Virus record (IMG/VR): IMGVR_UViG_3300042013_000067
Location: 64,001 to 128,000 of that record
Source: a virus
Lineage: Duplodnaviria; Caudoviricetes
Strand: one strand, 5' to 3'
DNA length: 64,000 nt
Part shown: one piece after another, positions 46,932-55,969 of the stretch
Layout: every line of letters starts with the position of its first letter
How positions within the stretch are numbered: position 1 is the first letter of the stretch
Program-made: the position numbers and the translations under genes
Notes under the pieces: model-generated
What the model was told of the DNA's origin: nothing
Seen by the model: only the letters and a program-made list of their open reading frames with translations
The model's database searches: none

Positions 46932-48644
46932 TTAAATCGCTTCTTCCAGCTCGATTTGTAGTAGACCGCCGGTGTTGGACGAGGCGTTTGCGTTGTCGCA
47001 GTTGTACCAAGTGTTGCTCGTCAACACGGTATAGCGGTTGGTAGCGGGTGTTTGATCCGCTTGATAGGTGTAGTTCAAGCTGCCGGTAGCACCCTTAGAA
47101 AGGTTAGTACAACGCAACTTGGCAGTGTTAACCACCAGCGTACCGATTGCCGCCTGACGGTTCGGGTAAGCTGGGATGGTCAGGGTACGGAATACGAAAC
47201 CACCAAGTACGTAATCGGCATTGCCTTGGATCGCATTCTGAATACGTCCAGAAATAGATTTAGCCACGAGGCTGTTGAAAGTAAAGGTGCCCTTGTCATC
47301 ATCGTCGTGTACGGTCAGAGCACGGGTCCAGACCTTACGGGCGATGTCAGCTGTCCAGCTGTCTTTCCATGTGCCTTCCGGGGCATTCAACGTCGGGGCT
47401 TCGATCAGCGCTTGGCTGGACGTTAGCGTGATCACGTGGTCTTGAGCCACAGTGCCGTTGTTACCACCAGAACGCAGACGAGCGGCTGGAGTCGACAATG
47501 TAACCAGTGGTGTAACCGATGCGATCTTGATTACAGCGGTAGCCGTGGTCGATGCACCGTTAGCCGTACGACGTGCCACCAGACTGAAGTTGGTAGTTGA
47601 GTCGTTGTACGCACCACTGGCATGGGTCACCTGCTTCGATGTTTCGTAGGTAGTCGGGTTAGCGATAGCCAGTTGACCACCCGGTGAAGAGTACGTGTAA
47701 CCATTGGCATTGGTTACGAGGTGAATTAACGTCGCTTGATCCCCAATGTCCAACGCTTCTTTATCCAAGGGATAAACGATGCTACCCAAGGTAATGGTTG
47801 GGAACAGGTTGTTTGCCTTGACGTAAGACACACCATCCGCTTGTGTCCCTTGTGCGGCGGTGTTGTACCACGGCGACCACGTCCCAGTGGCTTTCTGCAC
47901 ACGGACTTGGAAGCCCAAGTTTTGTGTGACGGTACCGCGATCAGCGACGACGCACGCTGGGATGGTGTGCATGATGCCTGGTGTCAAGCTACCGGTCTTA
48001 GCGATCAGTGCCCCAGCGTCTTTGATCTCATACGCGACCACAGGGCTATCAGCGGTAACCTGAATCGACAGTACGTCACCCGCTTTAACTTCGGTCTGAC
48101 CAGCTGGGTAACCGCCAGTGAACGATGCCGTATCGATGGTTGGTACGGAGTCCATGGCTACGGTCACTTGACCACTACCACCGTCACCATGTGTCGCCAC
48201 AACGGTGTACGGGGCCGTACCAAGCTCTGTGAGGTCAAGGCTTGCTGTGCCACGGAACAACACACCCTCGGCCGTTACACGCGCCATGGTGACGGCTACA
48301 AGGCCGTTGAGCATGACTACCGGTGTAAAGCTGCTAAGCCCTGCGATTGCTTCTACAGTAACCTGCACCAAAGTGGTCGAGGTGGAGCAGGTTACTAGGG
48401 TATGGCCATCACCCGTCTTGACTTTATTACCGACGTTGTCGATGGGGTTTGCCGGTACGATATCGACGATGTAGACACAACCGGCATCACCGGATTGTCC
48501 ACCACCAAGTGATTCAGCAGCAATACGTTTGTTGTCGAAACCAGTTCCGCTTACCTTAGGAACAATGATTTCTATAAACTCACCACCAGTCAGTTCGTCG
48601 TGTACGGGTAACGCGGAAATTTTGCCTTCGTCTTCAGCAGCCAT
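46932..48644 (-). CDS. Beta-rich (Ig-like) fibre/appendage protein
   Basis: Start ATG 48644. N-terminal KISALP...LTGGE motif typical of fibre N-termini, then Thr/Ala/Val-rich beta repeats. Confidence 0.65.
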   Translation of the reverse strand: MAAEDEGKISALPVHDELTGGEFIEIIVPKVSGTGFDNKRIAAESLGGGQSGDAGCVYIVDIVPANPIDNVGNKVKTGDGHTLVTCSTSTTLVQVTVEAIAGLSSFTPVVMLNGLVAVTMARVTAEGVLFRGTASLDLTELGTAPYTVVATHGDGGSGQVTVAMDSVPTIDTASFTGGYPAGQTEVKAGDVLSIQVTADSPVVAYEIKDAGALIAKTGSLTPGIMHTIPACVVADRGTVTQNLGFQVRVQKATGTWSPWYNTAAQGTQADGVSYVKANNLFPTITLGSIVYPLDKEALDIGDQATLIHLVTNANGYTYSSPGGQLAIANPTTYETSKQVTHASGAYNDSTTNFSLVARRTANGASTTATAVIKIASVTPLVTLSTPAARLRSGGNNGTVAQDHVITLTSSQALIEAPTLNAPEGTWKDSWTADIARKVWTRALTVHDDDDKGTFTFNSLVAKSISGRIQNAIQGNADYVLGGFVFRTLTIPAYPNRQAAIGTLVVNTAKLRCTNLSKGATGSLNYTYQADQTPATNRYTVLTSNTWYNCDNANASSNTGGLLQIELEEAI

Positions 48645-48766
48645 GATTGTACCTTTTTGGCTATGTGGGGTTGCGGTTTCCTGGTGAGCCCGATGTGATA
48701 ATCGGTCGTATGCTCCATTCACGAAATATAAAAATTCGTCACATAGATAAAAGTATTTTTATTCGG

Positions 48767-48807
48767 ACGGCATAAAGCCGGGGGCGTAAACCCCCGGCTG
48801 CATTGCC
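48767..48807. terminator. Conserved palindromic hairpin after the endolysin gene
   Basis: ACGGCATAAAGCCGGGGG-CGTAAA-CCCCCGGCTG. Confidence 0.7.
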
Positions 48808-48809
48808 TT

Positions 48810-49655
48810 TTACACGTATGACGAGTACTGTTTGTATGCCGCCGACAGTTTAGTGTCGTAGTGGTTTTCCTTATAAGACGCACCGTTATACAACCGTGCG
48901 ACCTCAGCCCAGTTCAAGGCTTTAAGTGCATTCCAAAGACCTTTCTGGCTTTTAATGAAACGCACGAAGCATTCAAGTTGATTCGCCTCGGACACCGAGG
49001 CAAACTTCACATAGTCCTGGACTGAGTCAAAACCCAGGAGTTGCCAGTGGAAACCCATAATCTGGTAAGCACCCCAAGAGGCAGATTCCAGAGCGGCGTC
49101 CTTGCTAATCTTCATGGCATTTTCCAAACGTTGCCATTCCTTATCCCCGCCCAAATAGCCACCGCGAGCCTTGTTCACCAGCCCTGGGTTTTCACGCATC
49201 GCACGATCAGGGTCTATGCCATAGTCCTTGAGCTCACGATACATGATGTGGCGTTCGTACAGAATGGCCACTTTACCGCTAGCTAAGAAACCAGTACCTT
49301 TGGATTCGACATCATTGACAGCCATGATTGCAGCTGTCGGAACCCCAAGGGATTTCGCTGCATTAGCGAGATCGTCTTGGCAAAGGTACTTGTGCGACTT
49401 CTCTGCTGAACACAGGAGACCCATTGTTTTAGGTCCGACCTTACCATCGACGACCAGATTACTGGCCTTCTGAAAGGCAACGACGGCGTCATATGTCCTT
49501 TGACCGAAATCACCATCGGGGGTACCGATGGCGTAGCCGGCATTCATCAAGTGCTTTTGCAGATCGATTACAGCCGGCCCTGAGTCTCCACGCTTCAGGA
49601 CTACATCTTTGAGAAACGTTGCACGGTGTTCGACGCCAAGCGCTTCGGTGGTCAT
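48810..49655 (-). CDS. Modular endolysin: peptidoglycan-binding domain plus N-acetylmuramidase (DUF3380-type)
   Basis: LKRGDSGPAV..LQ..L...GY.....DG.FG..T..AV..FQ....L..DG.VGP.T, then AAIMAV..VES.G.GF...ILYERH and ESASWGAYQIMGFHW. Confidence 0.92.
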   Translation of the reverse strand: MTTEALGVEHRATFLKDVVLKRGDSGPAVIDLQKHLMNAGYAIGTPDGDFGQRTYDAVVAFQKASNLVVDGKVGPKTMGLLCSAEKSHKYLCQDDLANAAKSLGVPTAAIMAVNDVESKGTGFLASGKVAILYERHIMYRELKDYGIDPDRAMRENPGLVNKARGGYLGGDKEWQRLENAMKISKDAALESASWGAYQIMGFHWQLLGFDSVQDYVKFASVSEANQLECFVRFIKSQKGLWNALKALNWAEVARLYNGASYKENHYDTKLSAAYKQYSSYV

Positions 49656-49673
49656 CTTTAGCTTCCTTCTGTT

Positions 49674-50222
49674 TTAGTCCTCCAACCGGCGCGGTGATCC
49701 ATCTTCCAACAGGCGCACAGTGCCGTCTTCTAAAAGACGGAGTCCGAGCTCGTCCGGAGTAGTGTTGACATAGATCGGTACGTATCCGTAGTATGCATAG
49801 CTGTTTGGCAGCATATACATGGTCCAGACCGACACCGTATTTGTAGTTAGGGGTTTATGGGACACCGCCACGTCATCGTGGCTCAAGTGCATGTTGAACT
49901 GACGGTTGATCTCATCGACGATTTTAGCCGTCGTGATCTCACCTACCAGGCTGATCCGAACATACGGTTCGCCATCGAGCGTATACTCGCGCAACACTTG
50001 GTTGATATCCAGACGACGCCAAACAAACCAACGTTTCTTACCCGTCAGCAGGTTCGTCATCTCGATATAGCTTCGACCCGGTTCTTCCTCAGTAGGGGAG
50101 AAGAAGAAATCACCGAAGACTAAGAAATCGGGGTTAATTTCTTCATCGGGACGGTCCCGACGAATCAGTTCGATAAATGCCTCGAACGAGGGCAGGTCGT
50201 AGGGAAATCTTAACTCAGCCAC
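49674..50222 (-). CDS. Virion structural protein (RLD-type module) with RLLEDG repeats
   Basis: LVFGD...WRRLDINQVL...TTAKIVDEINRQFNMHLSHDDV; C-terminal LRLLEDGTVRLLEDGSPRRLED. Confidence 0.65.
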   Translation of the reverse strand: MAELRFPYDLPSFEAFIELIRRDRPDEEINPDFLVFGDFFFSPTEEEPGRSYIEMTNLLTGKKRWFVWRRLDINQVLREYTLDGEPYVRISLVGEITTAKIVDEINRQFNMHLSHDDVAVSHKPLTTNTVSVWTMYMLPNSYAYYGYVPIYVNTTPDELGLRLLEDGTVRLLEDGSPRRLED

Positions 50223-50266
50223 GGATGGGTTCCTCGCCTAAAGATAATGGCACATAGCATGAGGCG

Positions 50267-50296
50267 GCAAAAACCCCCGCCTAAGCGGCAGGGGCT
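50267..50296 (-). terminator. Intrinsic terminator candidate (minus strand)
   Basis: Minus strand reads GCCCCTGCCGCTTAGGCGGGGGTTTTTG: imperfect GC-rich stem followed by a T-run. Confidence 0.5.
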
Positions 50297-50715
50297 ACAG
50301 TTGTAGTTTCACCAACCATCTTTTCAAATATAAATTTCAGTAGACCGAAGAACTCTTGAATTGTTAGTTTGAGTACATCGATTAACTCGGTGCTAACTGT
50401 TGCATCGCTATAGACCACCGCCATGGCCACAACGATTACCACCAGTGCCAAGACACCAGAACCAGCCAATATAAACTGCTTGTACATATCGGTACCTCGC
50501 ACGACACCCAGCTGGTGCTCCAGCAGCGCATTACGCTTGGCTTCGTTTACAATCTTGTAAACTTGAGCCAGCACAATGTATCCTGGGGTGTCTTTATCGA
50601 TGGTGCTCCCCTTTTTACCTAAAGATGCCAAAACCAACGCCCGGATAGCTGACGAATATGGACTGGCATTAAGTGGTCTATCGCCGAGGGAGATCAGCGC
50701 CTCCTGTAGCGTCAT
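50281..50715 (-). CDS. Membrane protein, holin/antiholin candidate
   Basis: Start ATG 50715. One strong TM segment (FILAGSGVLALVVIVVAMAVVY) plus an amphipathic C-terminus; located between the spanins and the endolysin. Confidence 0.45.
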   Translation of the reverse strand: MTLQEALISLGDRPLNASPYSSAIRALVLASLGKKGSTIDKDTPGYIVLAQVYKIVNEAKRNALLEHQLGVVRGTDMYKQFILAGSGVLALVVIVVAMAVVYSDATVSTELIDVLKLTIQEFFGLLKFIFEKMVGETTTVAPAA

Positions 50716-51100
50716 GGTTCTTCTCCATTGTTGTCTGTTGGTCGTACCAATCGTTAAGCGCTTTGACTTTGTCATTGCACAAACCGACCTGGAGGGTCTG
50801 GAGATCCCACGCTTCTTTAAACATCAAAGCGACGGCTTCCCATTGGGACTTTGCTTTGGGGTACTTAATGTACGCCGTTAAGACATCGTCTTTCGACGGT
50901 GGCTTATTGGGTACGCACTCCGTTAGCATTACCTTCGGCGGGACACGCGTCTCGGTCGTTGTACGCCCGACAGTACGTGTCCCACATCCCGCCAACAAGA
51001 ACAGCGATAGCAGCAGGATCAGGATCATTAGAAGCCACAGCAACCGGTTTGGGCGCGGTGGCCTTGGCTGGTTGTGGTTTGCGTGGAGCAATGTGGACAT
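50678..51100 (-). CDS. o-spanin (Rz1-like outer-membrane lipoprotein)
   Basis: ATG 51100 with SD GAGGAGG. Signal peptide RPNRLLWLLMILILLLSLFLLAG-C (lipobox LAGC), Pro-rich region, C..P...; C-terminal QVGLCN. Start lies inside the i-spanin gene in another frame. Confidence 0.8.
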   Translation of the reverse strand: MSTLLHANHNQPRPPRPNRLLWLLMILILLLSLFLLAGCGTRTVGRTTTETRVPPKVMLTECVPNKPPSKDDVLTAYIKYPKAKSQWEAVALMFKEAWDLQTLQVGLCNDKVKALNDWYDQQTTMEKNHDATGGADLPRR

Positions 51101-51440
51101 CTGGTTTCCCCTCCTCAGGCTTTTCGTATTTGGTTGGGTCGTTGTTATCACGTTCGGCGAAATACTCTTCCAGTGTCTGCTGCCGGTAGTCCGACGCTTC
51201 TGCTATCTTGAGGTCTCGCTCGTAGGTGTATTTAAACACCGCGTTGTCAGTGATCACGGCCGCCTTCTTCTCGACCACTAGGAGATGTGACAAGTCCTGG
51301 GCTTGGGCAGTTAGTGTCTTGTTGCTTTCTTCCATGCGACCATAGTTCTTTACGAACGCCAAGCCGACTCCTAGCGCTGCAACAACGCAAAGAATGCCCA
51401 CCCATTCAAACCAAGGTAGTTTTCCTAAAAGCTTAAGCAT
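50904..51440 (-). CDS. i-spanin (Rz-like inner-membrane protein)
   Basis: ATG 51440. N-terminal TM (WVGILCVVAALGVGLAF), helical periplasmic domain, Pro-rich linker, C-terminal WDTYC...C. Confidence 0.75.
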   Translation of the reverse strand: MLKLLGKLPWFEWVGILCVVAALGVGLAFVKNYGRMEESNKTLTAQAQDLSHLLVVEKKAAVITDNAVFKYTYERDLKIAEASDYRQQTLEEYFAERDNNDPTKYEKPEEGKPDVHIAPRKPQPAKATAPKPVAVASNDPDPAAIAVLVGGMWDTYCRAYNDRDACPAEGNANGVRTQ

Positions 51441-51458
51441 ACAATTCACGCCTCAGGG

Positions 51459-52070
51459 TTAAATAACCTTCCCGGTGTGTAAGTCGATTAACACCGTTGG
51501 CGTCCAACCCATCCGCAGCAATTGCATGAGATAGTAACCAATGGCGACAGCATCGACGCTGTGTTCATCCAGTGTATCGATGTCGACACCCCAGTTGATA
51601 TCAGTGCGTTTCTTCAGGGCACGGGTGACGTCCATTTTATCTTTGAACTTACCCACAACCCCTGCGGCTTTCTTGGCTGACATAGGGTCAACCATTAATA
51701 ACGGCATGGTAGGATCGTAGCGATACAACACATTCCGGATAACCGCCACGCATTCCACGAGGGTCGCATACGCATCAGCGAAACGACCCTTGTAGTTAGA
51801 TTCACAGATCACCAAGTGAGGACGGAACTCATCGAGGATATCGCCGAGGCTGTCGTCTAGGTGATGGAGACGGGCAATCCGATCGGTGCCCATCTCGCGA
51901 ATCGTGCAATAGCGTTTATCACTGTCGGGAAACTTCAGTGTGTAGGCATGTACCAGATCATACTGAGGAGACTCGAAATCCCAATGCCAATGGGCAATAC
52001 CCGTGTTGTAGCTGCCTGGGTCAATAGTAAGCACCCGTAGTGGCTCGTTACTTTCGGGCAGAGTAAACAT
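51459..52070 (-). CDS. ruvC: RuvC-like Holliday junction resolvase
   Basis: VLTIDPGSYNTGIA, VICES, PMSAKKAAG...K..V, DEHSVDAVAIG supply the four RuvC acidic motifs. Confidence 0.9.
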   Translation of the reverse strand: MFTLPESNEPLRVLTIDPGSYNTGIAHWHWDFESPQYDLVHAYTLKFPDSDKRYCTIREMGTDRIARLHHLDDSLGDILDEFRPHLVICESNYKGRFADAYATLVECVAVIRNVLYRYDPTMPLLMVDPMSAKKAAGVVGKFKDKMDVTRALKKRTDINWGVDIDTLDEHSVDAVAIGYYLMQLLRMGWTPTVLIDLHTGKVI

Positions 52071-52960
52071 CAGCTCAGCCAGGTAGTACCGTTGAGGCTG
52101 TTGGTGCCCAGCAGTGGTTCGGTGTTACCCACGTCGAAGGCCAGTGTTGCACCGGTGGAGCTGTAACCGATGGCATGGTGGGTGGAGATGATCACGTTGA
52201 GTTGGCATGCAATCACTTCGTTGAACAGGAAGCTACCGGCACCGCCGTTGGTGGCTTGTACGTTGCGATCCACACCCGAGCAGAAGCCAAGTTCGGAGAT
52301 CACAGGCGAACGGTTCGAACCGGTACGTACGCGGTGTGCGTTGACCATTTCAGCCACTACGTTTTCGCTCAAACGCACAGTGATGATAGCCGAGGCCGAG
52401 ATACTGGTATCGCTACCGAGCACTACGCCACTGTTGGTGATTTGTGGTGGGACTGGGTTGAGGTTGTCTGCAGTCGGGGTGTAAGGTTCTACAACCACTT
52501 CACCTTCGACCACACGGATCGATTGCAACGACGCCGTCACGGTGGAGTAATCCAGACGCAGGGCGTAGTAGGCAATCTTGTTGACGCCATTATGTGGCTC
52601 GATACGGCGCAGGCCGAAATCCTTACGGATATCTACCGGTAGATCGTCATCGGTATCACGCAGCACGATCGGGATCAGACCGTAGAGACCCGCGTCTTCA
52701 GCATCGTGAGGGACCGGGATGATCTCATCGGAACCATCGCTGGCTACGGTGGTAGCATGGCCACGGTTACCGAACACGAGGTACTTCATGGTCGGGTCTT
52801 CACCCACCGATGGCGCGATGGAAGGTTGGATGCCCAGACGTTCGTTCAGGGTGGTGTTGGGGATCATGGTGAACGGCAGGCCCAGTTTCAAGCAGGTCTG
52901 CAAATACGCCCCGTACACCGTACGGCAGACGTGGATAATCTGATTGTCTACAGCAGACAT
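52070..52960 (-). CDS. Conserved virion structural protein (phiKZ gp139-like)
   Basis: ATG 52960 with SD GAGGAG. RTVYGAYLQT...NTTLNERLGI...YL.FGNRGH, LY..IP.VLR....DL, SPVISE.GFCSGVD. Confidence 0.75.
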   Translation of the reverse strand: MSAVDNQIIHVCRTVYGAYLQTCLKLGLPFTMIPNTTLNERLGIQPSIAPSVGEDPTMKYLVFGNRGHATTVASDGSDEIIPVPHDAEDAGLYGLIPIVLRDTDDDLPVDIRKDFGLRRIEPHNGVNKIAYYALRLDYSTVTASLQSIRVVEGEVVVEPYTPTADNLNPVPPQITNSGVVLGSDTSISASAIITVRLSENVVAEMVNAHRVRTGSNRSPVISELGFCSGVDRNVQATNGGAGSFLFNEVIACQLNVIISTHHAIGYSSTGATLAFDVGNTEPLLGTNSLNGTTWLS

Positions 52961-53019
52961 TTTCCTCTCCTCGTGATAGGAATGAGCCAATTGGTTCTGT
53001 ATGATTGTACAAACAAGTT

Positions 53020-53053
53020 ATAAAAGCCTCCCCGATCGGGGAGGCTTATGTCG
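53020..53053. terminator. Conserved palindromic hairpin
   Basis: ATAAAAGCCTCCCC-GATC-GGGGAGGCTTATGTCG. Confidence 0.75.
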
Positions 53054-53554
53054 TTAAGTGAAATCGGACAACTTGCCCAAAACCATCGTGTTCGCCCACA
53101 GCGCGTCCAACTTGGATTTCTTCACCTCATGAATTTGCGAGACGTGGAAAGCGATACCTTCCCCCGCATTCAACACGACCTTGTTGCTGTTGATCACGAT
53201 GTGCTGCCCGTCATTGATAGCGTACGCCACAATGATTGCCGAGCGTTCACCCAGCTCTGCCCAAGTGGTCATGACGTCCAAGAACCCGACGTTCTTCGGG
53301 AACTCTAGGAAGTAACCCACCAACGCCTTGGCTACATGAGCGCGGTTATCAAACGCGGTCTTGAAACGTTGACGTTGCTCCGCGGTCCACTTGAACCAAC
53401 GAGTGTCTTTGTAGACACTGGGTTTGGCCCCGAGGTTAGCACCCATACGCAGGCGATGAGACGTGGCGAATGGAGGACTGAACTCACTGTAAAGAGCAAG
53501 TAGTTGGGCTACCGACTCCTCCGGGAGTTTCTGTAAATGGATGTAATCAGGCAT
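53054..53554 (-). CDS. Degenerate 2OG-Fe(II)/cupin-fold protein lacking the HxD motif
   Basis: ATG 53554. FLEFPKNVGFLDVMT...IIVAYA...LNAGEGIAFHVSQIHEV retains the double-stranded beta-helix pattern and distal His, but has no HxD. Confidence 0.55.
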   Translation of the reverse strand: MPDYIHLQKLPEESVAQLLALYSEFSPPFATSHRLRMGANLGAKPSVYKDTRWFKWTAEQRQRFKTAFDNRAHVAKALVGYFLEFPKNVGFLDVMTTWAELGERSAIIVAYAINDGQHIVINSNKVVLNAGEGIAFHVSQIHEVKKSKLDALWANTMVLGKLSDFT

Positions 53555-53564
53555 ACTGACTCCG

Positions 53565-54047
53565 TTATTCGTAAAGGAAGATAGCCACATAACGCAGCGA
53601 CTTCACAGGAGGGACCATGTGGGGTGCACTCACATCACTGAAGCACACGCCCTCACCCAACACGTCAGGGTAGAACACCCCTTCCACTTCAAGCCCATCC
53701 CCATCTGCACACAGGGGAATCACCAGATTCTTCCGGAAGTTTTGGATGTCGATATGTTCGGGCATCCAATCACCCGGTTTATACCGGTTGATAATAGCTT
53801 CGGTCAGATAGTAGCCGGGGTATTTGGGGGCTAAGGAACACAGCAGTGTGTTAAAGGCCTTAGGCTGTTGGCGGTCACCGAGGAAATCATAACTGGCTGC
53901 CACACCTTGGGTGGTGGGGCGACTATTGATCTTGGCACGATGAAACCACCGTGCCTCATGCATTTCACCCAGTTGTTGTTTCAGGTCGTCGCATACGTCC
54001 TTAGAAAACTGTACCACCGGTAACTTCTTTAGCACCGTAGGCTTCAT
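53565..54047 (-). CDS. 2OG-Fe(II)-dependent oxygenase
   Basis: ATG 54047 with SD GAAGGTGG. INRYKPGDWMPEHID (HxD), LVIPL, GEGVCF...PHMVPPV...RYVAIF (distal His and Arg). Confidence 0.8.
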   Translation of the reverse strand: MKPTVLKKLPVVQFSKDVCDDLKQQLGEMHEARWFHRAKINSRPTTQGVAASYDFLGDRQQPKAFNTLLCSLAPKYPGYYLTEAIINRYKPGDWMPEHIDIQNFRKNLVIPLCADGDGLEVEGVFYPDVLGEGVCFSDVSAPHMVPPVKSLRYVAIFLYE

Positions 54048-54600
54048 GCAAACCACCTTCCAGTTGAGCTTCTTGATCCGCAGCCTCTTGCTCCAGCGAG
54101 ATGTAAACGTGGGCACTAGACCCCGCGTAGTACGCCTTACGCTGCGTGTTGGCGGCCTTGACTTCACTGACGTAGTCGTTCATTTCATCGAGAACCGTCA
54201 AAGCCGCAGCCAGCTGTGGATCAGGGTTGTCGCCCAACAGCCCTTGGACTACACGACCGAGGTGCTCGATGGCGTTGCCAATGTTGTTGACTTGGTTGAT
54301 CACTGGGTAGAGCTTGGTGATCTTCTGTTGCGCCGCCAGATCGAGTTGACTTTCATAGATCGGCAGTTCTGCCTGTACCCGATCCACGATCGTGTAGTCG
54401 GGGTACGTACCCCGCACCTCGTGATTCTGAAAGTCGAAGGCTTCATGTTCGACGTAAATGAAGTACTCGTTGTTCAGTGTGGCAGGGTCCACCCAACCCA
54501 GTACCGAGGTAAATGCCCCGCTGACTTTGTTGAACTGCAACAGTACCTTCGTCCCGCCCGTTGGAATCGAGGCAACGGCAGAAGAGATTGTATCGGACAT
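54001..54600 (-). CDS. Fibre-associated hypothetical protein (possible chaperone)
   Basis: 199 aa directly downstream of the fibre paralogs; IYESQLD...QKITKLYP...Q.N pattern seen in fibre-assembly proteins. Confidence 0.55.
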   Translation of the reverse strand: MSDTISSAVASIPTGGTKVLLQFNKVSGAFTSVLGWVDPATLNNEYFIYVEHEAFDFQNHEVRGTYPDYTIVDRVQAELPIYESQLDLAAQQKITKLYPVINQVNNIGNAIEHLGRVVQGLLGDNPDPQLAAALTVLDEMNDYVSEVKAANTQRKAYYAGSSAHVYISLEQEAADQEAQLEGGLHEAYGAKEVTGGTVF

Positions 54601-54615
54601 TGTGTATCTCCAGAG

Positions 54616-55959
54616 TTAGATCAACCAAGCGGCCCAGCCGCCGGCAGTACGCAAAAGGAATTTGACTTCAGGCAGGTTCCACGTGGTATGACCCACCGCA
54701 GCGCGATAACCCATGACCACAGCCTTGGAGTTGATCGGATATGCGTTGGTATCAGCGAACCACGTATTTAGGTAGTTGATGGCGGTGTTGATGTTGTAGT
54801 TGGCCACAGACGTCCGCACGTAGAGAATCTTGTTGCGGTTGACCTGTGCATCCATTTCCGCCATCAAGGTCTGCCAGCTCTTCCAGACCCCGTTACCCAT
54901 CAACACCGTGTCATTGTTCGCACCACCCGCGCCCAAGGCCGCGTTATTGAACAAACCTTGGGTGATCAGATCGGCTGAGAGGTTGGTGTTACAGTAAGAC
55001 TTCCAACCCGCCCGGTCATAACCAAAGATCTTCTGACTGTTTGCCGCTGGAGTCAGCTTATGCAGGCGGCCGGCCAATGTCGTGTTGATGCTGGTGGTGG
55101 TATAGGCATCGACGTCTTGGGCACGAATAGCATGTGGGTTGTTGAAGTCGGAGATATGCTGGTTCAGCTCTGGGATCAATACCCCGTTGATCGCGGTCAA
55201 TCCAGTCTCAGGCGTCGAGTAGTACTGATCCAACGTGGAGTTGAGGCTCTCAGACAGCAACGCCATACGCCAGTTCTGAAGATTGCCCAAACCGATCTTG
55301 GTTTTGTCATCGGCATGCGGGTTATTGACGTCTTCGATGTGCAGGCGCAGTAGGTCCTGTTCTTGGGTCAGACGGGTACGAGCCAAGGTGTGATAACCGT
55401 CGGCGTAGTTACGCATTTCTTGAATGATCGACTCATCATTCAACGCCAACAGATCACGCACTCGGTTCAGCACCGTGATGGTGTTCTCTGTACCGTACAG
55501 CTGCCAGTATTCGTCATAGTGGTCAGCTGGGTTAAACCCATTTGGTTTGTTGACGACGTCTTCCCAATCCACCCGGAAGTTATCCTGATTGATTGCATCC
55601 AGCAGGGCCTTCAACTCTTCAGTGTTGACACCGAAGTTACCACCTACCGCTTGGTAGTTGAGAGTGAGTGTATTACTCACCTCAAGGTTAGTAATGACAA
55701 TGAAGGCATAGACTGGTTTCGTGGTGAGCTGTGACAAGTCCCGGTACAGATACGTGGTGGTGTAATCTGTCCCCGGTACTAATCGACGGGCGCCATCGTA
55801 GATCTTGAGGCTGTCGTCATTATAGAACGCCCCGAAGCGGGGTAGCAGGATACGGTGGGGTAATGCATCTACCCGCACCAAGGTCCGGCTTTCGTTCTGG
55901 ACACGGTTCGACAACTTCGTGCCCTTAAGGTCCAAGGGCAAAAGCGTGAGCATGGGCAT
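54616..55959 (-). CDS. Tail fibre paralog with NPH repeats
   Basis: Shared N-terminal module LPLD..G....N.V..E...L; repeats HIEDVNNPH and HISDFNNPH; distinct C-terminal tip. Confidence 0.75.
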   Translation of the reverse strand: MPMLTLLPLDLKGTKLSNRVQNESRTLVRVDALPHRILLPRFGAFYNDDSLKIYDGARRLVPGTDYTTTYLYRDLSQLTTKPVYAFIVITNLEVSNTLTLNYQAVGGNFGVNTEELKALLDAINQDNFRVDWEDVVNKPNGFNPADHYDEYWQLYGTENTITVLNRVRDLLALNDESIIQEMRNYADGYHTLARTRLTQEQDLLRLHIEDVNNPHADDKTKIGLGNLQNWRMALLSESLNSTLDQYYSTPETGLTAINGVLIPELNQHISDFNNPHAIRAQDVDAYTTTSINTTLAGRLHKLTPAANSQKIFGYDRAGWKSYCNTNLSADLITQGLFNNAALGAGGANNDTVLMGNGVWKSWQTLMAEMDAQVNRNKILYVRTSVANYNINTAINYLNTWFADTNAYPINSKAVVMGYRAAVGHTTWNLPEVKFLLRTAGGWAAWLI

Positions 55960-55969
55960 CTTGGGCTCC

